Source: an uncultured virus (IMG/VR IMGVR_UViG_3300042556_002263) (lineage: Duplodnaviria; Heunggongvirae; Uroviricota; Caudoviricetes). Taken from it: 64,000 nt of DNA. Below are positions 63,604 through 64,000 of this stretch, in pieces. The notes under the pieces are model-generated. The model did no database searches. It was not told the DNA's origin and saw only the letters and a program-made list of their open reading frames with translations. The DNA lies in the IMG/VR virus record IMGVR_UViG_3300042556_002263; one strand, given 5' to 3'. The position numbers and the translations under genes are program-made. Position 1 is the first letter of the stretch; every line of letters starts with the position of its first letter.

Positions 63604-64000
63604 CAGCGAACACCGTCCACTCGGATAGCGTCCAGCACATCCTGAGAGCGTGAGCCGAAGATGACACGGCTTGCGTTCTCGTCACCCAACTGCTTACGCA
63701 ACTTGTCGTATGCCATGAAGGTTCGGAGCGAGATGCGCCTCTTGCCTGCGTCACACATACGCACTGCGTACTTGCGAAGGTCGGGAGACAACTTGGCGAG
63801 AGCAGTCGGATGAGGCTCGTTGATTCGGATGCGAACGGGGAAACGGTCAGCCAATGCAGTCGGCAGTTCTTCCATGTTCTCAATGTTCGTGGTCATCACG
63901 GCAGAGAACCCGTCCTTGGGTCGGTGGATGCGACCAGTCTCGGGATGCTCCCACGATGCAGACTCAGGTGAGTCAAGCATGGCGAGCAGGAGTGCGAACA
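63603..64000 (-). CDS. MoxR/CbbQ-like AAA+ ATPase, 3' part (runs off the window)
   Basis: LLAMLD...HPETGRIHRPKDGFSAVMTTN...LPTALADRF...ISLR. Confidence 0.8.
   Translation of the reverse strand, partial: FALLLAMLDSPESASWEHPETGRIHRPKDGFSAVMTTNIENMEELPTALADRFPVRIRINEPHPTALAKLSPDLRKYAVRMCDAGKRRISLRTFMAYDKLRKQLGDENASRVIFGSRSQDVLDAIRVDGVR

Noticed and set aside
62629..63645. 338-aa plus-strand ORF
   Set aside because: Antisense shadow of the vWA/peptidase gene; no motifs and no RBS

Overview
This window is a 64 kb slice of a large, contractile-tailed (myovirus-type) bacteriophage genome. The host is most likely an actinobacterium: the window has a WhiB gene, an LPXTG-anchored surface protein and several leaderless promoters. 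Left to right it contains: (1) minus-strand head genes (a Cys/PepSY protein, a 2156-aa HK97-type prohead-protease polyprotein, portal); (2) a divergently transcribed terminase large subunit followed by recombination genes (Rad52/Sak-like annealase, PD-(D/E)XK exonuclease, HNH, RuvC-like) and a ParB / PAPS-reductase / ParB trio; (3) neck, sheath, tube, frameshifting tail chaperone, tape measure and baseplate genes; (4) a long tail-fibre/adhesin region that includes a flavin-dependent halogenase and a 2OG-Fe(II) oxygenase; (5) two host-surface proteins and a lysis cassette; (6) regulators, a metallophosphoesterase, an Ntn protease and replication-loader-like genes; (7) the start of a GC-richer, minus-strand early-type region. 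No major capsid gene, tRNA, CRISPR array or integrase was recognised. The most notable observations are: a protease polyprotein divided by ten G-F-A-S-like motifs, one segment being a kinase-like domain, with the same motif recurring in the tape measure; a His-rich and a Cys-rich fibre-tip protein, each flanked by a copy of the same uncharacterised two-gene module, with modifying enzymes next to the His-rich one; a repeated 40-bp leaderless promoter cassette; and a sharp loss of several restriction-type palindromes beyond about 60.7 kb. All calls come from reading motifs by eye; no database searches were run.
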